Below are positions 38,755 through 48,280 of a stretch of DNA of 64,000 bases, one piece after another. Position 1 is the first letter of the stretch, and each line of letters opens with the position of its first letter. A model generated the notes under the pieces. The model searched no databases. It was given only the letters and a program-made list of their open reading frames with translations, and was not told the origin of the DNA. The DNA comes from Candidatus Heimdallarchaeota archaeon (GTDB taxonomy: Archaea; Asgardarchaeota; Heimdallarchaeia; JABLTI01): NCBI GenBank assembly GCA_018238155.1, contig JABCTZ010000006.1:7321-71320 (forward strand), given 5' to 3'. The translations under genes and the position numbers were made by a program.

Positions 38755-38993
38755 CGTTAGTTTTACAACCCATAAAGCCTATAGTATAGTTAGTATATGA
38801 TACTTAATATTACTTTTTTATTGATTATAGACTGTTTATGTTTTATATACTTGACTCTTGCCCAAATAAAAATTGTGTTAACGAAATTCTTCGAAGATTT
38901 AAGTGTCTTCAAATGGGCAAAGTAATTTCTTACAGTCAGTATTTATAAAAGATGAGTGTTTTATGTTATATAATTAAAATAGGTGAATACACA

Positions 38994-40370
38994 ATGGATT
39001 TATCAGTTAGTTTTCATGGGGCAGTAGCAAGAACAACAGGATCCGCCCATTTAATTCGAGCAGGTAATAAACGGCTTTTATTGGATTGTGGAATGATACA
39101 AGGGATACCTCACCATTATAATCGAAATTTTTCATTTGATCCAAAGTCCGTTGATGACATTATTTTATCACATGCACATGTTGACCATTCAGGTAGAATC
39201 CCTCTAATGTACAAACAGGGATTCGAAGGAAATGTCTATTGTACCGCAGCAACAAAAGATTTAGTGAAAGTTTTGCTTCTGGATGCAGTAAAAATTTCTC
39301 GGATAGAAATGAAGAAGGCTCGTTTCAGAGGTAGAAAAGCTTCTTTAAGCCCCTTATATGCAGAAGAAGATGTTTATAATGCCTTGAAGCATTTTATTAC
39401 TGTTCCTTATCATCAAGTTAAGAATATTGACAGAAAAATTTCCTTGAAATTTATTGATGCTGGACACATTCTTGGATCTGCACAAGTTATACTTGATTGT
39501 GATGGTACAATAATTACTTTTACCGGCGATTTAGGTCAAAATGGCATGCCATTGATTCGTAATCCTGATCCAATTAAGAAAACACACTATTTGATAACAG
39601 AATCAACATACGGAAATCGAATGCACACACCAATGGAAAAAGCAGCAAAAGCATTAATCAAATTTGCTAAGCATATTTACGCCGAAGGAGGAAAATTAAT
39701 CATCCCTGCTTTTGCAATTGGTAGAACACAAACATTGGTCTACTTTCTTAATGAAATATTTGAGAAAGGGGAAATCGATAAAATGCCAGTCTACATTGAT
39801 TCACCTATGGCTATAGATGCAACAAAAATTTATCTAAAACATCCTGAATGCTTTGATAAAGAAACTTTGAACCTACTAAAATCAGGCGATAACCCCTTGA
39901 TATTTCCTGAATTGTCCTTTTCAAAAACACATCGCGATTCAAGAAGTATATTAAAAGGATGGGAAACATGTGTTGTTTTTGCAGGATCCGGAATGTGCAC
40001 CGGAGGACGAATTTTGAGTCATTTAATTAATGAACTGCCTACAAGAAAGTCTATTGTTTTGATGGTAGGGTATCAAGCGAAAGGCACACTTGGACGAGAA
40101 ATCTTTGAAGGAGCTAAATCTGTGAAGATTTATAACAAAGAAATCAAAATTCGTGCAAAGATAAGATCTATTGGAGGTTTTAGTGCACATGCTGATCGAA
40201 AAGAATTAATTGATCACATAGCAAAAATTAGAAAGAAACCAGCAAAAACATTTGTAGTGCATGGAGAAGCACAGCAATCACTAACTTTTGCTGCAAACAT
40301 AAGAAATTCTTTACGAATTTGGGCGCGTGTACCTGAACATAAGAAAGAGTATCGTCTCAAACCCTTGTAA
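38994..40370 (+). CDS. Beta-CASP family metallo-beta-lactamase ribonuclease (aCPSF2/RNase J-like, no KH domains)
   Basis: HxHxDH (SHAHVDHSG), beta-CASP motifs (ESTYG; GFSAHAD; VHGE). A GGTGA motif sits 8 nt upstream of the ATG at 38994. Confidence 0.85.
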   Translation: MDLSVSFHGAVARTTGSAHLIRAGNKRLLLDCGMIQGIPHHYNRNFSFDPKSVDDIILSHAHVDHSGRIPLMYKQGFEGNVYCTAATKDLVKVLLLDAVKISRIEMKKARFRGRKASLSPLYAEEDVYNALKHFITVPYHQVKNIDRKISLKFIDAGHILGSAQVILDCDGTIITFTGDLGQNGMPLIRNPDPIKKTHYLITESTYGNRMHTPMEKAAKALIKFAKHIYAEGGKLIIPAFAIGRTQTLVYFLNEIFEKGEIDKMPVYIDSPMAIDATKIYLKHPECFDKETLNLLKSGDNPLIFPELSFSKTHRDSRSILKGWETCVVFAGSGMCTGGRILSHLINELPTRKSIVLMVGYQAKGTLGREIFEGAKSVKIYNKEIKIRAKIRSIGGFSAHADRKELIDHIAKIRKKPAKTFVVHGEAQQSLTFAANIRNSLRIWARVPEHKKEYRLKPL

Positions 40371-40383
40371 TAGAATGGCTTTT

Positions 40384-42144
40384 CTAAGATTGCCTTTTAT
40401 AGACAATTGCGTTTGGTTCACCAGCAATATTTGCTACAACAACTAAGTCCTGTTGTAAAAAGAACTCATGAATATCAAAGTAATAATGAGTTACACTTTG
40501 AATCTCTGTTGTCCGAATAATGACATACGTACCTTTCATACTGTATAGCTCAATAAGATGACTATGATTCAGTCTCGCCAATGGCTTTGTAATATGTAGA
40601 CGAATAAAAGTAATTGTGATATTTTTATCCAGATAAGCATAGCCGCCTGTATACCAAACCATCTCAAGAACAATAACTCTTTCAGAATCCTCTTGTTCTC
40701 CTACCCAGTACATTGCATTACAGATACCCGAATTCCATTTCCACATATAATTTTTCTGAACTAAACTCATATACAGTGATGATGTGCTTAATATTGCCAA
40801 CATCAAACCTAAAACTGCATTTCGGTAATGTTTTCTTTTAACTATTTTCGAAAATTTGTAAATGCCATTAGCAACGAAAAGCATGCCAAGTGGGAGAAAG
40901 GTCATAATAAATCTAAACTCTTTATGAGCAATGGATGAGAAAATAGCTAGCCAATAGAACATTAAAAATAAAACGAATACTTTTGATTTGGTCTTTTCCT
41001 TAAAAATAAGTCCAAAAATAAGCAAGATGAAAAAGATGAATATGAAGATAAAGGCAAAATCAGTGAAAAATCCGATAAAATATTGATTCCAAGGTGAAAT
41101 ACCATGATATGCATTATTGCCTTCTATGATATTATACTGAAAATATTTGATAGGTGAGTGGAGAAAGGTGCCCCAGGTAAACAAGTCTAACAATCCTTGG
41201 AAAAAGACCATCAAAAAAGCTCCTCCACAAAAACATGCTAGAGTTTTCAAAGAATCAAAATATTCTCTTTTACTCAAAGGTTGATATGCCTTCTCTTCTT
41301 TATTCGCCTTCAATGTTCTTCTTACATTCTCAGTTTTTCTATAAATATCAACAAGAGGTTTGTATACAATTGCGATTGCAAGAGGAATTCCCATAAGTGC
41401 TCCTGGAAATCGTATCATAAATGATAACCCTAATGAAATTCCTGCTATTATTGAAAGAATGATTTTCCTCTTCATTTTTTCATCTTTTATCATCTTGTAG
41501 ACAAGAAAAATACTTAGAAAGAGAAAATCAGATGATAGAGAATCAGTCATTGTTCGACTCGCCCAAAAAGGGAAAAACCACCAAGTACTACAAATAAAAG
41601 CACTTACTAAGCCTACGGTTTTATTGAACATTTCTTTACCAAATAGATAAGATACTACAACAGTAATAATTGAAAAAAGGGAAAGGAATAATCTAGCAAA
41701 ATACATCAAAACCAATGGGTCAGATATTCCAAAGAGCATAACAAATTTGTAGACACCAACGAGCAGTAAAACAAATAACCATGACCGTGCCCCTCCAAAC
41801 CGATAATCAGAATTGTACTCCCAAGGAATTGTTTCTCCTGATCCATATTCTCCATAAATCCAATAATGAATCATTTCAAGCGTTTGAAAAACTTCATCAG
41901 GATGAACAAATCCCTGAGATTCTTGTGTTGCTAAGAAACGAAGAATAATGGATAAAATGATAATACTCGTCAAAGGTAAATAGTTGAAAATTTTTTTAAA
42001 AAATGTTGTGTCAAAATACTCAGAGAAATTCTTTCTTGTGGTTATATGTTCACTCACTTTTTCTCTTTCGTGAATGGAGAACTGAGTCTTAGTTTGTTGG
42101 TCTCCTTCAAGCAAAAAATTCTTCTCTCCAACATATGTATACAC
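40384..42144 (-). CDS. GT-C fold, GT22-like (Alg9/Alg12/PIG-B type) dolichol-phosphate-mannose-dependent mannosyltransferase
   Basis: The first-loop signature is FVHPDEVFQTLEMIHYWIYGEYGSGETIPWEY...GARSW (compare eukaryotic DE.F.. E..HY.. .G.G..TWEY...iRS). It has more than 10 TM helices and a GTG start. Confidence 0.75.
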   Translation of the reverse strand: MYTYVGEKNFLLEGDQQTKTQFSIHEREKVSEHITTRKNFSEYFDTTFFKKIFNYLPLTSIIILSIILRFLATQESQGFVHPDEVFQTLEMIHYWIYGEYGSGETIPWEYNSDYRFGGARSWLFVLLLVGVYKFVMLFGISDPLVLMYFARLFLSLFSIITVVVSYLFGKEMFNKTVGLVSAFICSTWWFFPFWASRTMTDSLSSDFLFLSIFLVYKMIKDEKMKRKIILSIIAGISLGLSFMIRFPGALMGIPLAIAIVYKPLVDIYRKTENVRRTLKANKEEKAYQPLSKREYFDSLKTLACFCGGAFLMVFFQGLLDLFTWGTFLHSPIKYFQYNIIEGNNAYHGISPWNQYFIGFFTDFAFIFIFIFFILLIFGLIFKEKTKSKVFVLFLMFYWLAIFSSIAHKEFRFIMTFLPLGMLFVANGIYKFSKIVKRKHYRNAVLGLMLAILSTSSLYMSLVQKNYMWKWNSGICNAMYWVGEQEDSERVIVLEMVWYTGGYAYLDKNITITFIRLHITKPLARLNHSHLIELYSMKGTYVIIRTTEIQSVTHYYFDIHEFFLQQDLVVVANIAGEPNAIVYKRQS

Positions 42145-42244
42145 GATTAGAATTTTTAAACATAAAAACTATCCCATAAGCTACTTATAACACAAGAATT
42201 TAATAAATAATAGAACTGTTGGTATTATATACTGAGGTAGAAAG

Positions 42245-44446
42245 TTGAGCGACTATATACATACTATCAGCTTCAAAGTTCTCATAGACTCTGAAGTTGT
42301 AGACTTTACGTTTAGAGTTCCACGAGGAACACTGCTCATCCAAGTATTGGATGAACTCGAAACAACATTGAAAATTCAGCCAAGAGTAATTGCTACAGTA
42401 AATCATGATGGGGAAATAATGATTGTTGAAAACCATTATTCCACCATTGAGTATCTTATACAAAAATTTGGGACTGATTTTTATGCTGGTGGATCAAGTG
42501 TTGTGACATTCAATCATGGAGAATACATTGTTGATTTAGAAGTTCCAGAAGCAATTCCATTTGCTTCATCCTTTAGAACAGCGAGCAAAAGCTTCTCAAT
42601 ATTACCAAGAGATGTCTCTATTGAGAGACAAGATGGTCAAGTAATGGACTATGAAATATTTCGTTTGCCCACTGCTTTTGTGCTAAATTCTTGGGGAAAT
42701 TTTTATCGAATAGTTGATCGCGAATTGGGTGATCCTTTAATAGATCCACCAAAAGTGGACGGAGAAGTATCCTCTCTAGATTCAAATCAAACTTATGAAG
42801 AAAGAACAGAATCAGAACAAACTTCAATGGTCTACCCACCGAAATTTGATGGTTCGGAATCAACAGATACTGTTTCAGAGGTATCGGAATTAGATATTTT
42901 GACTGAACATTTTGTTGAATCCTCCTTACATGAAGATGATCAAGAAGAATCCGATTCTGAACATGTTGAGAGAACTTCTCCTTGGCAAAAAACGGAAGAC
43001 GAGGAGCCCTCTTCAAGTTCAATTGAGCTTGAAGAAGAACCAACAATTGAATCATTGATGGATGAAATCCTCCTTGAAAGTAAAACAGATCAAAACGATG
43101 ATGACGTCGACGGAGAATTTCTAACTCAAGCAATTGAAGAACCATTGGCAGATTCTGTTGTTACAGATGTTTCACAGTTTGATGAGGAATCTGATGACAT
43201 TCCCCTAAGTGAAGTGATTGATTTTGGCGATGAAATAGATGCTTTAGAGGATGAAACAATTATTGATGAGACGGAAGAAGAAGATGCTTCAGAAATCCCT
43301 GCTCAAGATATTTATGAAGTATCAGTCCTCGAGGAAAATGGTTCAGAAGAACAAATTTTTGATGAATTTGTTGATGAAACAGAAGAAATAGCTGCTGATC
43401 TTCCAATTGAAGAAACTTCTTCAACATTTGAGGAAATGATTACAACTTCTTTTACAGAAGAGAAAGAAGAACCTGAAGAGGAAGAAGAATCTGAGGAAGA
43501 AACATTTGTTTCTCAACCATTTGATGACGAGCAATTTATTGAATCCATCAAAGATCATTATGTTGCAGAAGATTCACGCGATGAAATACTAACATCCACA
43601 GCTGAAACAGAAATAATTGAAGATGGTGTTGAAGAAGAATTAGAGAATGAACCTCAAGCATTAGATGATTTGACGGGAGATTTGGTTGTTGAATCTGAAG
43701 ATATTTTCGAATCTGTTGTCAAAGACATCGATGAAGCAATTGAACAATCTGAAATTACTCCTATTCTGAAGGATTTACCTTTAGATCAAAGACTGGAGAT
43801 TAGAAAACAAGAGCTAGTTTCTCTTGAAAAAACTTTGAGTGAAGAAGAGAAACTAAAAGTGAAGATACAACAAAGAATGATTTCCATTGATTATTACGAA
43901 AAAATGAATCCACGAAAAGTATATTCTATATCCGTGAAAATTTCACCTACTCTTTCAACTAAACAAAATGAACATAATATTAAACTGAAGATTGTACCAA
44001 TATTTCCAGGTTGCTATGTAACACCTCACCAAGAGATTGTTGAAATAAATGGTGAAAGTGATATTGATGTAGAATTTACTGTAACACCTCTAATTAGCCA
44101 AGGAACGGTCAACGGAAAACTTGGCATTTGGTATAAAGGAAGGAATATTCTTAATATTAATACTACTTCAAAAATAAGGAATTATTCGGGTTGCATTGTT
44201 AGTAGTATATTGGCATTTCTATTTGGAATAATGCCTTTTCTATTTTTAATATTTAATTTTAATTTTAACAATGCTTTAGCAACAGGATTAAATAACATCT
44301 TTTCAACTACATTGACAGCTAATCTGTTTGTGATTTTTGAAATAATTTTGCTAGTAATTTTTCTTGGTCTAATGGTTGGGTTCATTTTCGTAGGGAAACC
44401 AACCAAACGAAAAATAAAACGCAAATTTTATCCTGTAGCTCCTTGA
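42245..44446 (+). CDS. Membrane-anchored protein with a structured N-terminal domain, a ~370-aa extremely acidic low-complexity region, a beta-sandwich-like domain and C-terminal TM helices
   Basis: 733-aa ORF with a TTG start as given in the track. A long D/E/S/T-rich stretch runs roughly aa 175-545. The C-terminus has three hydrophobic helices (IVSSILAFLFGIMPFLFLIF...; FVIFEIILLVIFLGLMVGFIFV). Confidence 0.65.
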   Translation: MSDYIHTISFKVLIDSEVVDFTFRVPRGTLLIQVLDELETTLKIQPRVIATVNHDGEIMIVENHYSTIEYLIQKFGTDFYAGGSSVVTFNHGEYIVDLEVPEAIPFASSFRTASKSFSILPRDVSIERQDGQVMDYEIFRLPTAFVLNSWGNFYRIVDRELGDPLIDPPKVDGEVSSLDSNQTYEERTESEQTSMVYPPKFDGSESTDTVSEVSELDILTEHFVESSLHEDDQEESDSEHVERTSPWQKTEDEEPSSSSIELEEEPTIESLMDEILLESKTDQNDDDVDGEFLTQAIEEPLADSVVTDVSQFDEESDDIPLSEVIDFGDEIDALEDETIIDETEEEDASEIPAQDIYEVSVLEENGSEEQIFDEFVDETEEIAADLPIEETSSTFEEMITTSFTEEKEEPEEEEESEEETFVSQPFDDEQFIESIKDHYVAEDSRDEILTSTAETEIIEDGVEEELENEPQALDDLTGDLVVESEDIFESVVKDIDEAIEQSEITPILKDLPLDQRLEIRKQELVSLEKTLSEEEKLKVKIQQRMISIDYYEKMNPRKVYSISVKISPTLSTKQNEHNIKLKIVPIFPGCYVTPHQEIVEINGESDIDVEFTVTPLISQGTVNGKLGIWYKGRNILNINTTSKIRNYSGCIVSSILAFLFGIMPFLFLIFNFNFNNALATGLNNIFSTTLTANLFVIFEIILLVIFLGLMVGFIFVGKPTKRKIKRKFYPVAP

Positions 44447-44547
44447 TTTGATGATTAACGCAGCCGTTAATCATTTTCATTTTCTAAATGCTCTAGAAAG
44501 ATTTTAATATAAATTAAATAGAAAAGCAAGAGAAGGAGTAAGAACAT

Positions 44548-44766
44548 ATGAATGATTTCAACGCATTCCTTGGTCCAAAAGGTTTACTAGCATTTGCCAT
44601 TATTTTTCTAATTTTAGGAATAGCCGCGTTCGCATGGTTGTTCATGTATCAAGAAGCAGACCCAGATAGAACATTTCGTGGTTCAGTAGCCCGAGCATTT
44701 TCTGCATCAATGTTTATGGGATTTTCAGTTTTCCTCTTTGTTGTCTGGAGTGGCGCAATAGCATAA
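44548..44766 (+). CDS. Small 2-TM membrane protein
   Basis: 72 aa with two hydrophobic helices. A GAAGGAG motif lies upstream of the ATG. Confidence 0.55.
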   Translation: MNDFNAFLGPKGLLAFAIIFLILGIAAFAWLFMYQEADPDRTFRGSVARAFSASMFMGFSVFLFVVWSGAIA

Positions 44767-44788
44767 TTTCATTAATGATAAGAAGAAG

Positions 44789-44806
44789 AGCGATCGTTCG
44801 ATCGCT
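44789..44806. terminator. Perfect 8-bp palindromic hairpin between convergent genes
   Basis: agcgatcg-tt-cgatcgct, flanked by T-rich tracts on both strands. Confidence 0.45.
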
Positions 44807-44825
44807 AAATTAACTATTTATTTTT

Positions 44826-45572
44826 TCAATGATATTTAACATTTGAGCAATTGCTCTTAGATTTAATATTGAGCGTTTCAAAGAGCATTGAACCAATATC
44901 TATGAACAATAGGCTATTAATTAACAGTGGTTCTTCTTTTAGCATTACTCTAGTAGCTTCTGCAACTTGTAGGCTACCAATTAACTGAATTATACTTGGA
45001 TGAATACCTGTAATAGATGAAACTGGAAGTGTTTTATCATCAACATGACCAAATAAGCATTCAATACAAGTACTACCTCGAACAACAGTCATTGCATTCC
45101 CAGTTAAACCACTAACTGCACCAAAGAGGAAAGGTAAATCTTTTTCTAAACACTTTTTATTTATTGCAAATCTTGGTGTGAATCTATCTAAGGCATCAAT
45201 AACAAAATCTACATTATCAGTCACAAGTTCAACATTTTTAGTAGTAATCTCTTCCTGAATGATTTTAATTTCAACATCAGGATTAAGATATTCTAAGAAT
45301 TTTTTAGCTGCTTGTACTTTGGATTTGCCTACATCCTTTTCACGGTAAAGCATTTGTCTTTGCAAATTTGATAATTCAACGACATCTTTGTCAATTAATC
45401 GCAAGTAACCTACTCCTAAAGCAGTAAGTTGAGTAGCAGTAACAGAACCTAGACCTCCTGCTCCAACAATAGAGACTCTAGCTCTTCGTATTTTTTTCAT
45501 ACCCTCAACACCAATTGACGGGAGAACAATAAAACGAGAATATCTGCCTGTAGTCAAGTCCTTTTCGTTCAA
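44826..45572 (-). CDS. ThiF/MoeB/UBA-type E1-like adenylyltransferase
   Basis: RYSRFIVLPSIGVEGMKKI, Rossmann loop VGAGGLGS, LIDKDVVELSNLQRQ, and a single CxxC (CIEC). Confidence 0.85.
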   Translation of the reverse strand: MNEKDLTTGRYSRFIVLPSIGVEGMKKIRRARVSIVGAGGLGSVTATQLTALGVGYLRLIDKDVVELSNLQRQMLYREKDVGKSKVQAAKKFLEYLNPDVEIKIIQEEITTKNVELVTDNVDFVIDALDRFTPRFAINKKCLEKDLPFLFGAVSGLTGNAMTVVRGSTCIECLFGHVDDKTLPVSSITGIHPSIIQLIGSLQVAEATRVMLKEEPLLINSLLFIDIGSMLFETLNIKSKSNCSNVKYH

Positions 45573-45576
45573 AGTT

Positions 45577-46167
45577 TTACTTCTCCTTTAGTAGCTCTTT
45601 TGCGAGCTTCTTGACTAAGTTAAATTCGTAATTGTCTACTTCTTTCTTGAAACTAATGAAAAAATCACTGAACATCTCTTTAGAGAGACCATTTTGAATA
45701 TAATTATTCATCTGAAGGATAGTTTCCAGTCGATCTGCTTCAGAGACTATTCTTGCTTCAATAGATTTCTTATCTTGAAACTCAGAGAAATATTCTTGCA
45801 GAATTTTTCCTTGCTCTGGTGGAAGTTTTTGAAATAATGAATTTGCTGCATTTTTGTCAAGGTCATGTTTGAAGGCATCGAATTTTTCTGGGGCGAATTT
45901 TCTTATACAACGGTTAATATCTTGAGATACACTTTCAGACAAGTCATGTATATGCGCCATGATTAATGCTTTTTCTAAATTGATCTTTTTTCCATTAGCC
46001 TTTTCATCAAAACAGATTAACATAGTAATCATCGTTACAAACTGACTATGATCTGCAACACTTTCTACTTGTGATAGTGGAACACCAGAATATATCCATC
46101 CACTTCTGACTATTCGTTTCAAGCGGATAGATTCTTGTAAAAATGACAATAACTCTATTTCATGCAT
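45577..46167 (-). CDS. HD-domain phosphohydrolase (YfbR-like 5'-deoxynucleotidase family)
   Basis: ESVADHS and AHIHDLSES motifs are present. It lies 4 nt upstream of the E1-like gene. Confidence 0.75.
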   Translation of the reverse strand: MHEIELLSFLQESIRLKRIVRSGWIYSGVPLSQVESVADHSQFVTMITMLICFDEKANGKKINLEKALIMAHIHDLSESVSQDINRCIRKFAPEKFDAFKHDLDKNAANSLFQKLPPEQGKILQEYFSEFQDKKSIEARIVSEADRLETILQMNNYIQNGLSKEMFSDFFISFKKEVDNYEFNLVKKLAKELLKEK

Positions 46168-46257
46168 TTGATATCACACACATATACTAATTCATTTCAA
46201 ATTAAAAATGATTGGCACTACTAATAAAAAAAGAGTTGGTTGGTTAATTGCTCCAAC

Positions 46258-47025
46258 CTAAGTATAAAAGGTGCTCTTTTTCCTTCCTTGTTGGGGCGAT
46301 GCAGAAGACATTTCTTGTGTTTGATGAGCTAATTCTGAAAGTTTCTTTTTTATGGATTCAGATTGCTCAACCAAATTTTTGACTTGTACATCTAATTCTT
46401 TTAAATTATTGATAACCTTAATGAGCGCTGCAGCACCTCCCGGATCTGGGAGATTAGGTCTTGTACCTACAAGAAACGCATATCCATCAACATCACTTAT
46501 CATGGTTTTGTTCAAAATTGCTCCTGCAAATCCTTTAATAAATCCACTTTTCAGAGGGGGAATGTTCAATTTCTCAGCTTTGGCTTTAAGCTCTGGTTCT
46601 GCAACCATATACACTTTCCCTTCATCATTTTTATTGAGATAGCCGAATCCATCAAGGATAATAATTTCCTTTGCTCCATGTTTCTCTGTCCATTCCATAA
46701 TAGTATTAGCAATGAAATAGGCAGCTTCCGGAGAGACAGCACTTTCACCAATGAATATTGCAATTTTCGAGCCTTTCTTTCCCATGATTCGATAAGGATG
46801 TCTTAGATACCCATCTAGGAAAACAGCTACAGGTGGTAATGCAACACCTTCTATAAAACCAATGGTTTCAAGGGCTAATTTTTTGCTTATATGTTGAGCA
46901 GCAATTGCTCCAGTTAACCCCATGCCCGGAAAACCAATAATAACTGTTTCTACATCAAAATCCGTTTTGCAGATACATCGAGCATACATCTCGGAATTAT
47001 CAATTAAACTTCTATCATAACTCAT
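46258..47025 (-). CDS. PAC2 (proteasome assembly chaperone 2) family protein
   Basis: VIIGFPGMGLTGAIAAQHI ... IAIFIGESAVSPEAAYFIANTIMEWTEKHGAKEIIILDG is typical of archaeal PAC2/PbaA-B-like proteins. Confidence 0.8.
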   Translation of the reverse strand: MSYDRSLIDNSEMYARCICKTDFDVETVIIGFPGMGLTGAIAAQHISKKLALETIGFIEGVALPPVAVFLDGYLRHPYRIMGKKGSKIAIFIGESAVSPEAAYFIANTIMEWTEKHGAKEIIILDGFGYLNKNDEGKVYMVAEPELKAKAEKLNIPPLKSGFIKGFAGAILNKTMISDVDGYAFLVGTRPNLPDPGGAAALIKVINNLKELDVQVKNLVEQSESIKKKLSELAHQTQEMSSASPQQGRKKSTFYT

Positions 47026-47185
47026 TGTTCATTTCTCCAAGTGTTTTTGAAAATAAATCTTCAAATTATATGTTGTAAATATATACTATCTTTTACCATT
47101 ATTTAGACTTGTTGTTTTTTGTTTAGAAAAAACTTTATCAAAAGTAAACTTTTAATAAAAATATCAATATTAAAGCAAATAAAGG

Positions 47186-47205
47186 GTCGGAAAAATACCT
47201 CCGAC
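47186..47205 (-). terminator. Short hairpin 18 nt downstream of the homocysteine methyltransferase-domain gene
   Basis: gtcgga-aaaatacc-tccgac (6-bp stem). Confidence 0.3.
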
Positions 47206-47222
47206 AAATCGTTGTTTGAAAA

Positions 47223-48146
47223 TTACTTTTTCTTCTTAACAACTTCAATCATTTTCTTAATATGTTTAGTAGAAGTTCCACAGCACCCTCCAATAACTTC
47301 TACGCCAAGTTTTTGGATTTCTAGCATATCATTAGCAAACCTAGTTGGATCGATTGGGTAAAGATTTTTACCCGCGACAGTCAATGGTGCTCCTGCAGTA
47401 GGTTGTATGATAACTGGTTTCGTTGCAACCTTTTTGATTTCCTTAGCTAATCCTATCATTTCAAAACTACCAAGTGTGCAACCACAACCAACAACATCTG
47501 CTCCTGCTTTTTCTAAGCGAGTAATGGATTCTTTCACTTCAACATTATCCAATGGTGTTCGATATCCTTCAGCAAACTTATCAAAAGTCATTGCTACAAT
47601 AATTGGTATATCACTCGCTTCTTTGGCACTCTTGATGGCTTCTTCTGCTTCTTCGATATAATACATTGTTTCGATACTAAACAAATCTACACCACCTTTC
47701 ACTAGAGCTTCGATTTGTTCATCAAAAGCTTCTCGGAACATTGATAATGTATAATCTCCACCATCACGTTCTAAAAGCACTGCATTTGGTCCAACATTTC
47801 CGGCAACAAAACCATTTTTTGGGCAGACACTTCGAGCAATCTCTACTTGACGAGTGTTGATTTGTTGAATCTTTCCTTCAAGTTTTTTTCCTAAACCTAT
47901 AATGGTTGCACCATATGTATTTGTATGGATGGCATCAACCCCTGCATCAAAATATGCTTTATGTATTTCTGCAATAATCTCAGAAAAGTAAGCTGAAAAT
48001 CTTTCAGCAGAATCGCCTAGTACCAATCCTTTCTCAAGGAGCTCAGTTCCCATTGCCCCATCAAAGAAAACGGTTCGTTCTTTTATTAAATCAAGTATTG
48101 TTTTCTTCATACATTTCACCAAAACTATAACTTCTTTTTTTCCCAA
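47223..48146 (-). CDS. Homocysteine S-methyltransferase-domain protein (MetH N-terminal-like)
   Basis: Zinc/homocysteine-binding cysteines are present (VGCGCTLG, GGCCGTSTKHI), along with FFDGAMGTEL at the N-terminus. The start may be Met13 (48110). Confidence 0.8.
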   Translation of the reverse strand: MGKKEVIVLVKCMKKTILDLIKERTVFFDGAMGTELLEKGLVLGDSAERFSAYFSEIIAEIHKAYFDAGVDAIHTNTYGATIIGLGKKLEGKIQQINTRQVEIARSVCPKNGFVAGNVGPNAVLLERDGGDYTLSMFREAFDEQIEALVKGGVDLFSIETMYYIEEAEEAIKSAKEASDIPIIVAMTFDKFAEGYRTPLDNVEVKESITRLEKAGADVVGCGCTLGSFEMIGLAKEIKKVATKPVIIQPTAGAPLTVAGKNLYPIDPTRFANDMLEIQKLGVEVIGGCCGTSTKHIKKMIEVVKKKK

Positions 48147-48280
48147 ATGCTAATAGTTTATAGTTTTAAAAAACGTTCCTCAAAGGCAATAGGTGGAGAG
48201 AAACAATCAAAACTTTGTTAAGGTGAAATATGTTCTATTCTTAGTAGTGAAAATTTACCTCTCAATCCAAGTTGATTGCA

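Noticed and set aside
42200-42463. 87-aa minus-strand ORF at the divergent promoter region and the 5' end of the acidic protein gene
   Set aside because: It overlaps the start of the 733-aa ORF and has no motif. It would only become relevant if the TTG start of the 733-aa ORF is wrong.
42618-43145. 175-aa minus-strand ORF inside the acidic protein gene
   Set aside because: It is antisense to GAA/GAT-rich acidic low-complexity coding sequence. The product is itself low-complexity (L/F/H/Q-rich) and has no independent support.
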